Shown here: positions 45,707 through 57,000 of the stretch, in pieces
Layout: each line of letters starts with the position of its first letter
Numbering within the stretch: position 1 is the first letter of the stretch
IMG/VR virus record: IMGVR_UViG_3300033463_000001
Coordinates: 147,298-211,297 of that record
Direction: 5' to 3' (one strand)
Source of the DNA: a virus
Taxonomy: Duplodnaviria; Heunggongvirae; Uroviricota; Caudoviricetes
Length of the DNA stretch: 64,000 nt
Notes under the pieces: model-generated
Told to the model about the DNA's origin: nothing
Seen by the model: the letters and a program-made list of their open reading frames with translations, nothing else
Database searches by the model: none
Translations under genes and position numbers: made by a program

Positions 45707-48196
45707 ATGGCTGTTCAGGATGATAAAAGCTGCCTCGGATATCTTGGGGCGCATTATCAATATAACCTTGTGAAGGAATTGATTGAAGATAAGGAATATT
45801 TCAAAGACCTGTCATCAATCCTTGACCAAAATTCCTTTACGGAGCCTATTCTTAAGAGTGTTGTCACCATTATGCGTGACCACTATGCGAAACACGGTTC
45901 CGTCCCTGGTTATGATACAATCAAAATCTACCTGGCCGACCAAGCTCACACCACTTACGAACGCGAGAGTAACCTCGCAGCAGTCGATAAGCTGAGGAAT
46001 ATGTCTGTGGAATCTCCTGACATGATTAAGGAGAAAGCAGATGTATTCTTCAAGCAACAGAATATCGTCAAGGCTGCGAATATGATTTTGAAGATTGCCG
46101 CAGACGGTGATACTTCTAAATATAGCCAAATTGAAGACATTCTCCATAAGGCCTTGAACGCCGGTAAACATGATAACCACTTGTTCCGGTTGTTTGATGA
46201 CTATGAGGAGACTCTGTCTAAAGACTACCGCTGCCCAATCCCAACAGGTATCGGTAAGCTGGATGAAGCTCTCGAAGGTGGTCTTGGAAAGGGTGAGCTC
46301 GCTACTATTGTGGGTGCATCAGGCTATGGTAAGGCTCTCTCTGTCAACGAACTCGTAGCAACACCAAACGGATGGGTGCGAATGGGAGATATACATAATG
46401 GAGACTATGTACTGGGACGTAACGGTAAACCATGCAAAGTCGTTGGTGTATATCCTCAAGGAATCAGACCTATTTACAAAGTAACATTCACAGACGGTTC
46501 CAGTTGCGAATGTGACCTTGAACACCTCTGGAGTGTATGCAATGTAGGCAATCGCCGCGCCAAGTCTTTCACATATAAGGCAATGACGCTGCGAGAGGTT
46601 ATTGAAAGCGGGCTGTACTTTGGCCAACAGAAGAAAGTATGCAAATACATGATTCCGACGGCCGATAAGGTACAGTATAACGCAAAGAAGGTTCTTTGCA
46701 CCCCATACCTGTTTGGTTACTTCCTTGGTAATGGAGACATGGCAACAAACACCATCTCCGTACCAAGAGAAGACTCTGACGAAGTTGTAAATATCTTGCG
46801 TAAGTCCAATTTTGACTTTACCAAGATTGACAACGGAAAACGCAACATTACACTCCGATTTGGGGATGGATTCCGGATGATGTTCCAATCCTATTTCCAG
46901 GAATGGTTTACAAAGCTGAATTCGTTCATTCCGAACGACTATAAAGTCAACAGTGAGCGCGTTCGTGTTGATTTGCTTTGTGGCCTTATGGACAGCTCCG
47001 GCTCATTCGGCAAAGAAGGCGTGTTTAAGACCCGTTCTTCTAGAATGGCTCAAGACGTGTATGAACTAGCATTGTCACTTGGATGTAAAGCATCTATTAA
47101 GACAGGCTCTGCACGTTCTTATGAGAAAAAGAATGGAGAAGTCACGGATTACGATACCACATACTACGTACACATCACACTGTACGATAAGAGTATCCGT
47201 TTATTCGGCCAAGACAGTAAGCAGAATGGCGTGACCTATCGCACCGGAGAAACGTATCATCGACTCATTGAGTCTGTGAACTATCTTCGCGATGACCACG
47301 CACAATGTATTACCGTTGATGCCGAGGACGCACTCTACCTGACACGTGACTTTATTGTAACACACAACACTTCTATGACAACAGCGCTTGCTTCATACGC
47401 TGCAACATACAAGTGCGACTACAACAACAACAGAGGATTTAAAGTCCTTCAGATTGTATTTGAGGATACAGTTAAGCAGCTGAGACGTAAGCACTTTAGT
47501 AGGCTCAGTGAAGTCGAGGCGCGCAAACTTTCTTATGATGAGGAAATCTTCAAAGTAAGGGAAGCGACCGACATCAAGAATGAGAGGTGCCAGATGTTGC
47601 AGGAGAACCTGTTAATCGGAAGTTACCCAAGTGGTGAGTTGTCTCCGGTTGACATCCGAAACATCCTCAAAGAGTGTGAAAACAACGGTTTCAAGGTAGA
47701 CCTACTGATTATCGACTACTTCGAATGTCTTAAACTCCTCAGGGGTATGGACGGAGATAAGTGGGATGCAGAAGGTGTTACTATGCGTAAACTGGAAACC
47801 GTAACGAAAGAATTTAATGTCGCGACCTGGGTTCCGATTCAAGGAACGAAGGATTCATTGAATGCTGATATCGTTACAATGGATAAAGGTGGTGGTTCCT
47901 TCAAGAAACTGCAAATCGCCCACATTGATATTTCGATTACGCGTTCGATGGAAGACGTGGCAAACAATCGCGCCAAGATATCCATCTTGAAAAACCGTGC
48001 TGGCCAGGCCGGTGCAACATTGGATAATGTCTATTTCGACAACGGAACGTGTACAATCAACACGGACAACGCTCAAACATTCAGTGATATACTGAAGTAC
48101 AACGCAAAACGCGAAGAAGACCAGTCCGAACTTGCGAAGGCTATCTTTATGGCACACAAGGAAAGGCGCAAAATGAACATCGACGAACCATTCTAG
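45707..48196 (+). CDS. dnaB: Replicative DnaB-like helicase containing an intein
   Basis: IPTGIGKLDEALEGGLGKGEL, Walker A GASGYGK|T, IVFED, LLIIDYFECL, WVPIQG, KISILKNRAG. Confidence 0.9.
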   Translation: MAVQDDKSCLGYLGAHYQYNLVKELIEDKEYFKDLSSILDQNSFTEPILKSVVTIMRDHYAKHGSVPGYDTIKIYLADQAHTTYERESNLAAVDKLRNMSVESPDMIKEKADVFFKQQNIVKAANMILKIAADGDTSKYSQIEDILHKALNAGKHDNHLFRLFDDYEETLSKDYRCPIPTGIGKLDEALEGGLGKGELATIVGASGYGKALSVNELVATPNGWVRMGDIHNGDYVLGRNGKPCKVVGVYPQGIRPIYKVTFTDGSSCECDLEHLWSVCNVGNRRAKSFTYKAMTLREVIESGLYFGQQKKVCKYMIPTADKVQYNAKKVLCTPYLFGYFLGNGDMATNTISVPREDSDEVVNILRKSNFDFTKIDNGKRNITLRFGDGFRMMFQSYFQEWFTKLNSFIPNDYKVNSERVRVDLLCGLMDSSGSFGKEGVFKTRSSRMAQDVYELALSLGCKASIKTGSARSYEKKNGEVTDYDTTYYVHITLYDKSIRLFGQDSKQNGVTYRTGETYHRLIESVNYLRDDHAQCITVDAEDALYLTRDFIVTHNTSMTTALASYAATYKCDYNNNRGFKVLQIVFEDTVKQLRRKHFSRLSEVEARKLSYDEEIFKVREATDIKNERCQMLQENLLIGSYPSGELSPVDIRNILKECENNGFKVDLLIIDYFECLKLLRGMDGDKWDAEGVTMRKLETVTKEFNVATWVPIQGTKDSLNADIVTMDKGGGSFKKLQIAHIDISITRSMEDVANNRAKISILKNRAGQAGATLDNVYFDNGTCTINTDNAQTFSDILKYNAKREEDQSELAKAIFMAHKERRKMNIDEPF
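46334..47368 (+). mobile_element. Intein (345 aa, Ala1, class-3 WCT signature) with LAGLIDADG-type domain
   Basis: Starts ALSVNELVATPNGW after GYGK and ends IVTHN before T. Block B HLW, block F AQCITV, block G THN; endonuclease blocks FGYFLGNG and LCGLMDSSG. Confidence 0.92.
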
Positions 48197-48213
48197 ATTC
48201 GTGAACGTTAGTC

Positions 48214-48248
48214 AACGGCCGATTGGGTAATTCCAGTCGGTCGTTTTT
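48214..48248 (+). terminator. Intrinsic terminator after helicase
   Basis: AACGGCCGATTGGG-TAAT-TCCAGTCGGTCGTT + TTTG. Confidence 0.8.
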
Positions 48249-48304
48249 GTTGTTGATTTTATGGTTGATAATTTGTAAATTATCCTTGAAACCTATTTAC
48301 GACC

Positions 48305-48313
48305 TATTTATTG
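48305..48313 (+). promoter_or_regulatory. Putative late promoter motif (8/8)
   Basis: TATTTATTG upstream of ATG 48331; partial copy ACCTATTTAC directly before. Confidence 0.6.
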
Positions 48314-48330
48314 GTGATATAGCATAACAA

Positions 48331-48726
48331 ATGAGCGCTACACGTAAACAATTTTATAACGTAAAATATCCATTCGTAGATGAAAGCACCAATGGGTATA
48401 TGTTCGACCTTGCGACCAATCCAATCGAGAGGGCGAAAAGCGAAGTCATGCACCTCATTCTTACACCAAAGGGTCAACGTATCAGAAAACCTGATTTCGG
48501 TACCAATCTCATTAAGTTTATTTTCGATATGAATGACGAATTGTCATGGGAAGATGTTAAGGCTGAGATACGTGACGCAGCAAAAAAGTGGCTAAATGGT
48601 ATTACAATCAAGAATATCTCTGTTAGGCGTGGAGAAGACAACCCAACTGATGTTTTTGTAGTTACCACATTCGAAGTTGACCTTGGATACAAAACGGTTT
48701 CTGATACCGCGATTTATAAAGTATAA
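48331..48726 (+). CDS. Baseplate wedge protein (gp25-like)
   Basis: LILTPKGQRIRKPDFGTNL. Confidence 0.9.
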   Translation: MSATRKQFYNVKYPFVDESTNGYMFDLATNPIERAKSEVMHLILTPKGQRIRKPDFGTNLIKFIFDMNDELSWEDVKAEIRDAAKKWLNGITIKNISVRRGEDNPTDVFVVTTFEVDLGYKTVSDTAIYKV

Positions 48727-48733
48727 TTAGAAG

Positions 48734-50695
48734 ATGAGCACAAAACATATAAATTACCTCACAAGGTCTTACGATGACTTTGTACAACAACTGTTAGAGT
48801 TTACCAAACAGTATTATCCGGAACTAAGCGACAGTTTCAACGATGCCAGCGTAGGCAAGTGGCTGATGGAGCTTTATGCTGCCGTCGGTGACGATTTGTC
48901 ATATCACATTGATAGGGTATATCAGAACACAAACCTGGATAGCACCAACTCAATGAACGCTGTGATGAACATGGCGCGCGCTGCAGGACTGAAAGTACCA
49001 GGCAAAAAGGCCGGTATGTGTGAAGTTGAGTTTACGTGTACACTCCCTGTGCTTATAACGAACGGTAGTGCAGGTCCGAACTGGAAATACGCTCCGCTCA
49101 TCAAGCGTGGCACGCAGGTGTCTTCCGGTAATTATGTGTTTGAGACTCTTGATAACGTTGACTTTGCAGAGCAGTTCAATAACCTTGGCTACAGCAATAG
49201 GAAATATAAACCAATCATCGGTAATAACGGAAACCTGAGTGGCTACGAAGTGTCCAAGACTGCGCTCGTAAGCAATATCGAGTCACATATCTACAAGAAA
49301 ACGCTCGTATCAGGTGAGGTTTATCCGTTCATGGAGATTATCTTGCCTGACCAGAACGTATGTGGAATCGAGTCTATCATTTTCAAGGAGTCATCTTCTT
49401 ATTCCGGCGAGCCGTCTCGTGAAGAATTCTACTACAATAGTGAAGTATTCAAGCTTCCTAACGAATCAATCCACACGCGCCGTTTCTTTGAGGTCGACGC
49501 ATTGGTTGACCAATATGTATTTGGTTCTGTTGATGGCACAGACGGTGAGATGTACACAGACTACTATGAGGATGGCGAACCGGTACAGCGCGTGTATAAA
49601 GGTGCATGGAAGGGTGTTCAACAGAAGTTCATCACGGAATATACTGACAACGGATATCTAAAGATTACATTCGGCGCCGGTAGTAACTATGACGAACTTC
49701 CGGATACAAGTACTCCTGGTGAGAAGATTATGAATCGCATCGTCAATAACGACATGCTTGGTATACTACCGAAAGCCGGGTGGACGATGTTTATTCTCTA
49801 CAACACAACCAACGGTCAGGTAGCAAACCTCGGTAAAGGCGCCATCAACGCTATTAACAATCTAGCTGTTAGCCTACCAGAGACTGCTACGCTTCAACAG
49901 AATAGAAGTGCTGTTGTTTCGTCTATTAAGGTGTCTAACACATCTGATATCATCGGTGGTCGTGATTTCCCAAGCGTAGAGGAGATTAAGAACCTGATTC
50001 GCTACAGTGTTGGCGCCATGCGTCGCGCTACGGTTATTGACGACTACAAGTATATCATCTCACAAATGCCGGCTAAGTACGGTTGCCCGTTCAGGACTTC
50101 AGTTAAGGAGGAAAACAACAAAGTTATTGTTAGTCTGTTGAATGTTCACGCTGACGGTACTCTTGATTCATCACTTCCGAGCACAATGCTTGAGAATATC
50201 GTTAACTTTACTAGCCTGTATAAGCACCTTGGCGACTACGTTGCTGTACGCTCAGGTAAGATTTACAACCTTGGAATCAACGTTGAGTTGTTCATTGGTA
50301 AGGCCTATAACGCACCTACTGTATTGCGCAATGTAAAAGACGTGATTAAGGACTACATGGATGTTAAGAACCACAAAATGGGTGAGGATATCTTCGTTGG
50401 AGACTTGACGCGCGCTATTATGGATGTTGACGGTGTAATCAGCGTGATAGACTTATCTGTTTACAACCTGTACGACGGTGAGTATAGCGAGGATATCTGT
50501 CCGCTGGAGCGTGAGATTGTACAGAAGACATGTGAGAATCCGGAGGAGCTTCCGTTTACATCAACAAAGAACGGTTCGAAATCATTCAAAATTGACCTTT
50601 CAAAGACAGACCAGGTTCTATTCGCTGATGACGACAGCATGTTTGAGATTAAGTTCCCGGATAATGACATTACTATGAAACCAATACTGAAGTAA
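48734..50695 (+). CDS. Baseplate wedge protein (gp6 / baseplate J-like)
   Basis: INYLTRSYDDF, LMELYAAVGDDLSYHID, ITFGAG, IGG...SVEEIK...RATVIDDY. Confidence 0.85.
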   Translation: MSTKHINYLTRSYDDFVQQLLEFTKQYYPELSDSFNDASVGKWLMELYAAVGDDLSYHIDRVYQNTNLDSTNSMNAVMNMARAAGLKVPGKKAGMCEVEFTCTLPVLITNGSAGPNWKYAPLIKRGTQVSSGNYVFETLDNVDFAEQFNNLGYSNRKYKPIIGNNGNLSGYEVSKTALVSNIESHIYKKTLVSGEVYPFMEIILPDQNVCGIESIIFKESSSYSGEPSREEFYYNSEVFKLPNESIHTRRFFEVDALVDQYVFGSVDGTDGEMYTDYYEDGEPVQRVYKGAWKGVQQKFITEYTDNGYLKITFGAGSNYDELPDTSTPGEKIMNRIVNNDMLGILPKAGWTMFILYNTTNGQVANLGKGAINAINNLAVSLPETATLQQNRSAVVSSIKVSNTSDIIGGRDFPSVEEIKNLIRYSVGAMRRATVIDDYKYIISQMPAKYGCPFRTSVKEENNKVIVSLLNVHADGTLDSSLPSTMLENIVNFTSLYKHLGDYVAVRSGKIYNLGINVELFIGKAYNAPTVLRNVKDVIKDYMDVKNHKMGEDIFVGDLTRAIMDVDGVISVIDLSVYNLYDGEYSEDICPLEREIVQKTCENPEELPFTSTKNGSKSFKIDLSKTDQVLFADDDSMFEIKFPDNDITMKPILK

Positions 50696-51063
50696 TGCGG
50701 AAAGCACAACAACACAACATACATAAAAAGGACGACTGTAACTGCAAGGCAACCAAAGACGCAAAGCGCATCAAGGCATTTTTGAATCCGGAGATGCGTG
50801 GCCGCGAGGACGATGAAAGTATATTACATTTTGCATTCAGTAGCGTAATCAATTTCATTGGTGTAGCACTGCTTTGGATAATGGCTGTATTTGCTATCCC
50901 AATTGTCTTGTTGAACGTATATCACAACTACAAGAGAACAGGTAGGCCATATGCAAGCGTGCCGCGTGTATTCAAGAAGCACGAGAAGCAGCTTGTTAAC
51001 CTCCTGAAAGAAGATAAAAAAGAAGAGACCAAAGAAGAAGATGGACACGAACCGCAGCATTAG
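50695..51063 (+). CDS. Small membrane protein
   Basis: CNC N-terminus and long hydrophobic segment VINFIGVALLWIMAVFAIPIVLL. Confidence 0.7.
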   Translation: MRKAQQHNIHKKDDCNCKATKDAKRIKAFLNPEMRGREDDESILHFAFSSVINFIGVALLWIMAVFAIPIVLLNVYHNYKRTGRPYASVPRVFKKHEKQLVNLLKEDKKEETKEEDGHEPQH

Positions 51064-54000
51064 GATAAAAACAAACGTCGGTACCGATACAGTGCTTGAC
51101 GTGAAAGCTACGAATGATGTGGATTTCCTTGAGATATTATCGTTCAAACTAAGAAGCGACCACAACTACAATACGATGGCATCCGATACAGGTGTCATCG
51201 TTGGTCGTGTTATAGCGAACGGTGGTTTCGGTATTCCAAATGCAAAGGTTTCTATCTTCATCGAGGCCGACATGTCTGACGACGTTGATAGTCGAATCAG
51301 GTCATTCTACAGCTATCGTGACGCAATTAGCAAAGATACAACGCAGAGACGTTATAACCTGCTTCCGGAGAAGAACAACACCAATAAAGACTGTTTCCAA
51401 CCGGTTGGTGATTTCCCGTCAAAGCGATTGATTCTTGATGATGATGTTATGCTTGAGGTATACGAACGTTATTTCAAACTAACGACAGTAACCAACCAAT
51501 CCGGAGACTACATGCTCTATGGTGTTCCGACTGGCCAGCAGATTCTGCACGTTGATATCGACCTTTCGGATATCGGCATCCTTTCACAGCGTCCGTCAGA
51601 CCTTATCTACAAAGGTTATAACATCAACCAGTTCAACAACGGTAGCCAGTTTAAAACTAGCGATAACCTCGATGAGCTGGCTCAGATATATACACAAAAC
51701 CACAGTGTAACTGTTTATCCGTTCTGGGGAGACCAGACCAAGAACAACATTGCTATTACTCGTTGCGACATCAATATCTCATATCGTTTCGAGCCTACAT
51801 GTGTGTTTATGGGAAGTACCTTTACAGATGATAAGACGAGATTCATTAGTAAGTGGTGTGGCTTCTCTAACGGTATGGGTAACAACGGAGACCTCATTAC
51901 GAATTCCGGTATTATCGAGATGATTCGTAAGACACCGGACGGCTACACAGAGGAATTCCCGATACAAGGTAATCAGCTTATCAACGGTGATGGTGTGTTC
52001 TGTTATCAGATTCCGATGAACTTGGATTACATGATGACGAACGAGGAAGGTGAGATGGTTCCAACTGACGAACCAAATAAGGGTATAGCAACGAGGACGC
52101 GTGTACGTTTCCGTTTCTCTTTGGAGGAGAATGACGGTGAGTATAACACAAGCCACTGCGCGAAGTATCTTGTTCCTAACAATCCCACGCTGGTTGAGGG
52201 TAATAACACGCATGATATTACGCTTGATAGTGGCCGTACGCTTGAATCTTATTACAAGTTCGGTTCTGCATCTAATGATGACGATTTCAAGGACTTGTAT
52301 ATGAACAAGGTGTATTCTGTTAAGAACTACATTCCTCGTATACAGAAGAGTTTGCTTCCGAATACAAAGCACTACCTGTCTATTAAGACAGTGAATAGAC
52401 CAGGAAACAACTCTCCGTTACCGTATAACACAATCCGAGTGGATATCAGTATGATGTTCGTGCTGTTGTGTATTATCTCAAAGGTGGTACTGTACGCAAT
52501 TACATTGATTAACTGGATTGCTTGTATTTTTAAAGCACGTGAGAATTCGGATGATGAGTCAACGAGCGTTAAGACGTGTATCCCATTCCAGTTAGGCGAT
52601 GAAAGCGATACTGTGTATGTTCCTGGGTGTCGTCCTAGGCGTAGCTGGGATAAAACAAACAATTCATCTCGTTGGGTAGCAACTCTGAAAACGTTCCGTA
52701 ACGATAGTGGTATTGGTACTGACTCGTTCGGTATCAAGGATAATAAGTATACCTACATGTATGTCAAAGACGATAAGTATGCAGCAGCGTCAGGACTATT
52801 TGATGGTATGGAGGTGTTCTCAGGATGGTGGGCTGCGCGTATATGTAATAGGGCAATGACGAAAGACGGTGAACTTGACCCGAATGATGATGCAGATGCA
52901 GCAATACTTCCTAATATCGCCTACTCGGAAGACGATGACGTTTCGTTTATTGATGGTGTAGACGGTGATTTGTGGTATAACGACTCCATCTATATTGATG
53001 AAGTTATCATCCTTGCATTCTTTAACCGTTTTAAAGCTAAATATGAGAACGACACAAGTGTTTCAAAAAGCTCTGTTCGTCGATTCTTCAAGTGGGAAAA
53101 AATTAGTAAGGCGCTTACAAGCAGTCAATATAACTCACACATTACAGACTACGGTATCCGTACTAACCCAAGCTGGGCTAAAATATTTGATGATGTATAT
53201 GGCATTGATTTCAACACGCTATGGGATAGTTATTTATCACCTTTAGCAGAGTTATTGCCTGCTATATCATTTGTAGCAGAAACTGAAGGTAAATCTTCTA
53301 ATCCGTATTCATATACTTTCACCATCAAAATGCAGGTTAATGAAGATGCGGATATCATGTCATTCGATAGAATCACTCACTACTGGGCTGGTGAGTTGAT
53401 GACGAGTAAAAAGTGGCGTCGCTACGCATGGTCTCAGCGTAACAGTAATGTGTTCAAACTTGACTCACTTCTCGACAAAATAGAGTCGTCTGTTGCAGAG
53501 GACAATGAGGTTATCAAGTTGAATTTCGCAAACGACTGGTTAAACGGTGGGTTATATTTCCCTGTATGGGAGATGCGTAGGTTAAGAAAACGTAATTTTC
53601 TTGGTTTATTTACAATTGCCGGGCGTGACATATTCTGCAGTTGCACAAGAAACACATCTCGTGTGAAGGTGTTTAGTACATGTGCGACACATATGAACGC
53701 TGTAAATGGAAACGCGACAACAGAACCAAACCTTTCGTATGAATCGTCACTCAACGACGCCAAATCTGCACTGTATCGGCGTATAACTAAATATATCAAG
53801 ATTAAAGGTGGTGTAATTTACAACACAAAGAACAACGATGGCTACAACCTCTATTACTATTCGTTAGGAAACGATATTAGTTCTGGTGGCGGTCAGAGTA
53901 AACTTGCACCTTTGTTTGCGACGGATATAATTTTGCTTGGTAGTCTTGACGAGAATGACATGCATGGTATTCCTCAGTTATTCCCAAGGTTGGAACCTAC

Positions 54001-57000
54001 ATCATGTAACGTTCCTCCTATTACTACCGTGTATTACGAAGATGATTCTGAGGCAAGTGGTGGTACGTCAATGTTCAAAAAACCTGTCGTAGATGCGTCC
54101 GGTATGGACTTTTCAAACAAGTCTCCGTATGACGGTGCTGGTATGTTTGGTGGAAAAACATACTACGCGAAGTATGGTAATGGCTTGTTTGCAAATGTGA
54201 CATGTTTCAATGCCTACACAGTATCTAAGACTTGTTCAAATACACGTAGGCTCTGCGAGCTTGGTGTTGGTAATGACAGCACAACAACTAAAGATACTGT
54301 TAAGGAGACATATTCCGATGAGGTACCAAAACCAACCGATAGTGGACAAGAAAGCATACGTTATTCTGATGGATTTGTATCACAGTTTGATATCCTCGAC
54401 CATGAGGCTCGCCGTATGTTCGCAACCATGAACTATGGTAACCTTACCAAGAAGACATTCGACGTTAAAACTGGATATTACAATCCACAATACACATATA
54501 TAGCACCGTATGCTTTCAATGGAACCGACGTTGCAGCAAAAGATAAGCAGACAACCACTCCTGGTACGCTTAGTGAGCTATATAACAATACTGCTTTGTA
54601 TCACGACATTGATTTCTATGATACAGAGTATATGGCATTCCGTAATGGACAATACGGTGGAACCCGATTCTACGACTTTAGCTCTAGTGCGCCACAATTG
54701 CCGTTCTACGCTAACTCGTACTACTTCTACTTCGGATTAAAGCCTGGTAAAACAGCACTTGACGATTTCAATAATACATATTTCGCCGAGTGCCCTCATG
54801 TTGTGCGCGAAGCTATCGAATTTGATGCTACTGTAACGTATGTAAAGCCAGGTGCCGGCATGTACTATGTGTCAGGTGGAAAAACGTTGTTTAACACGGC
54901 AACTATCCGAGTAGAGATGAAACATGTTGATGAACCATATACTGTTATCATCAAGAGTCAGCTCACAAAAGAGGTTGTCTTTGAATGTGAAATGACACGC
55001 AGTCACACAAAAGTCCTGACATTTAACGGATATTTTTCCGGAAATAGAGGAAACTTTGACGTAACAACTCCGGCAGAGGATAGTTTAGCAGCAAAAATTC
55101 TGGATGGTACATATATTGTTACTGTGATTGACACAAACGGTAACTCCGGAAAACGTTTTGTTGTTGTTGCTCGTGGCGATGCAGATACCACAGGTGATGG
55201 CGGTGGTGGTATTGTCCCTGATGAGCCGCCAACAGCACGCAGTGGTGTGGATTACACATTCGCAACTACAGACCTTTTAGAGAAATATATTACACCTAAA
55301 GATGGGGAGGCTGATGTTATTAAGGAAAATATCATTGCTAACGATTTGTATGGTACGATACGCTTCAATTACATCACCATTGGTTACGACAGGTACACAA
55401 TTAAGAGTGTAAAGAAAGCAACCGGAACCGAGCGTTCATTCATAATCAAAACCAACCCGCTTACCGAGGACGAAACTGATGGTGTAACAGTTAAGATGAC
55501 AATTACCAAAATCAACGGTAACGCATCTTTCAATATGTCTGACGTCTTCATTGACCAGGGTTCAGCGAAGTATTATAATGTTGTTGATAACGTTCTTATT
55601 TTCTACGTATATAAGCCGTGCCGAGTTAGCGTTGATATGGAGTTGTATACTGATGAAGAAGAGAATCCTATCGACAGCTATTTGTTAACTGTGAACAACG
55701 GAGAAACCATAGAGGCGTACATCAATAGTATTCCTGCATATTGTTTGCTTGGTAAAAATTATCAACTTGCTGTATATTATTCTGGTAAGGGAAATATAGG
55801 TAATTTCTATAATGCACAACATCAACATCATACAATGGACGGTTTGAAATACTATTTCAACGTTCATAAAGAGATGTTTAATGATACTGGCAAGGTTTAC
55901 TTGTTCAATGGTCTAGGTGACGTTGATGCGCGCGAGTATTGGTCTGGTATGATTGGTAATAATGCTGCTAACATTGGTGATATTTTACAGTATGGTAGTG
56001 CATTGCTTGATGGAGAGAAGTATACTGCTATGATGCAGAAACTCTATTACATACTTAACATGTCGAAGAGTACATACTATCCGTCTAGTGACACTGCAAA
56101 TATCGCACTATACAGTACCAATCCTCGTTACAATGCAACAAATGGATTACTATATGCCTGGGCAAGGCCATCAGACAACCCAGATGTGCCTGACTTTGAA
56201 TACGATTCTAAAGACGGTGGCTATGGTGAACTTGAATGCGAGGAGAATAAGCCATATATCGTAGGTAGCAACTTTACGTCGAATAAGGTTTACTCAGAAG
56301 GAACTGTGACATATTCGCTCCCCGAACATTACAGAGCGTCAGCGACAACTCCGTTCTTCAGCCCACTGTTTGCTGATAACGTCGATGACAGTGATAAGGG
56401 TGGCTATATGGCAATATCAGGAAGGTTTGAAGACTCTACACAGACGGCTGGCGGAACTTCCGTTAAACGTACTGTGGTGTTTACTCCTAAAGCAACGATA
56501 TACTCCGATGGTGGACAGTTTGTTGAGGATGAAGAAAATGACACAACCACTGCAGACTATTCGTTCTTGTATAAAGGCTCTGAGAAAGTGACTCCGTACT
56601 TCAAGTATATGTTTATCGATAGGCGTATAGACTACGACTTGGAGTTATGCCTTCCTGGTTCAAATCTGTTGAATGATACAGATACTGGAAAGACGATGAT
56701 GTATCGTGGATATGTGGCAGGTACGTTTATTAACGGTATCGAGATGAACTATGACTCAAATCATAACATTATCGGCACAACAAAATACACGAGCACCACA
56801 AGTACTGAAACAGAGACACTTAATATCACAATAGATTTCAACGCGAAGTTTATTGACGACTTTATCAATAGCTGGAACACACCTTATAAGTATATTATAT
56901 ACACACGAGGCGATAAGACATATACAGCATTGTGGACTGAGAGTGTTACACCGGCCACCATAGCAGCTGTTGCTGGCAACACTGTTGTTGGAACCACGCA

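Noticed and set aside
46700-47100. Active LAGLIDADG homing endonuclease
   Set aside because: The acidic catalytic positions of both motifs are replaced (Asn, Ser); activity is unlikely though untested.
13685-48313. TATTTATA read as a T4 late promoter (TATAAATA) firing on the minus strand
   Set aside because: Only three copies match that way, there are no minus-strand genes downstream of them, and all copies sit just before + strand starts with a conserved WG on the 3' side.
13697-50695. Bacterial extracellular contractile injection system / tailocin locus
   Set aside because: Sheath, tube, LysM, hub and wedge order is CIS-like, but they are interleaved with phage DNA polymerase, SSB, UvsX, helicase and a phage early region on one strand.
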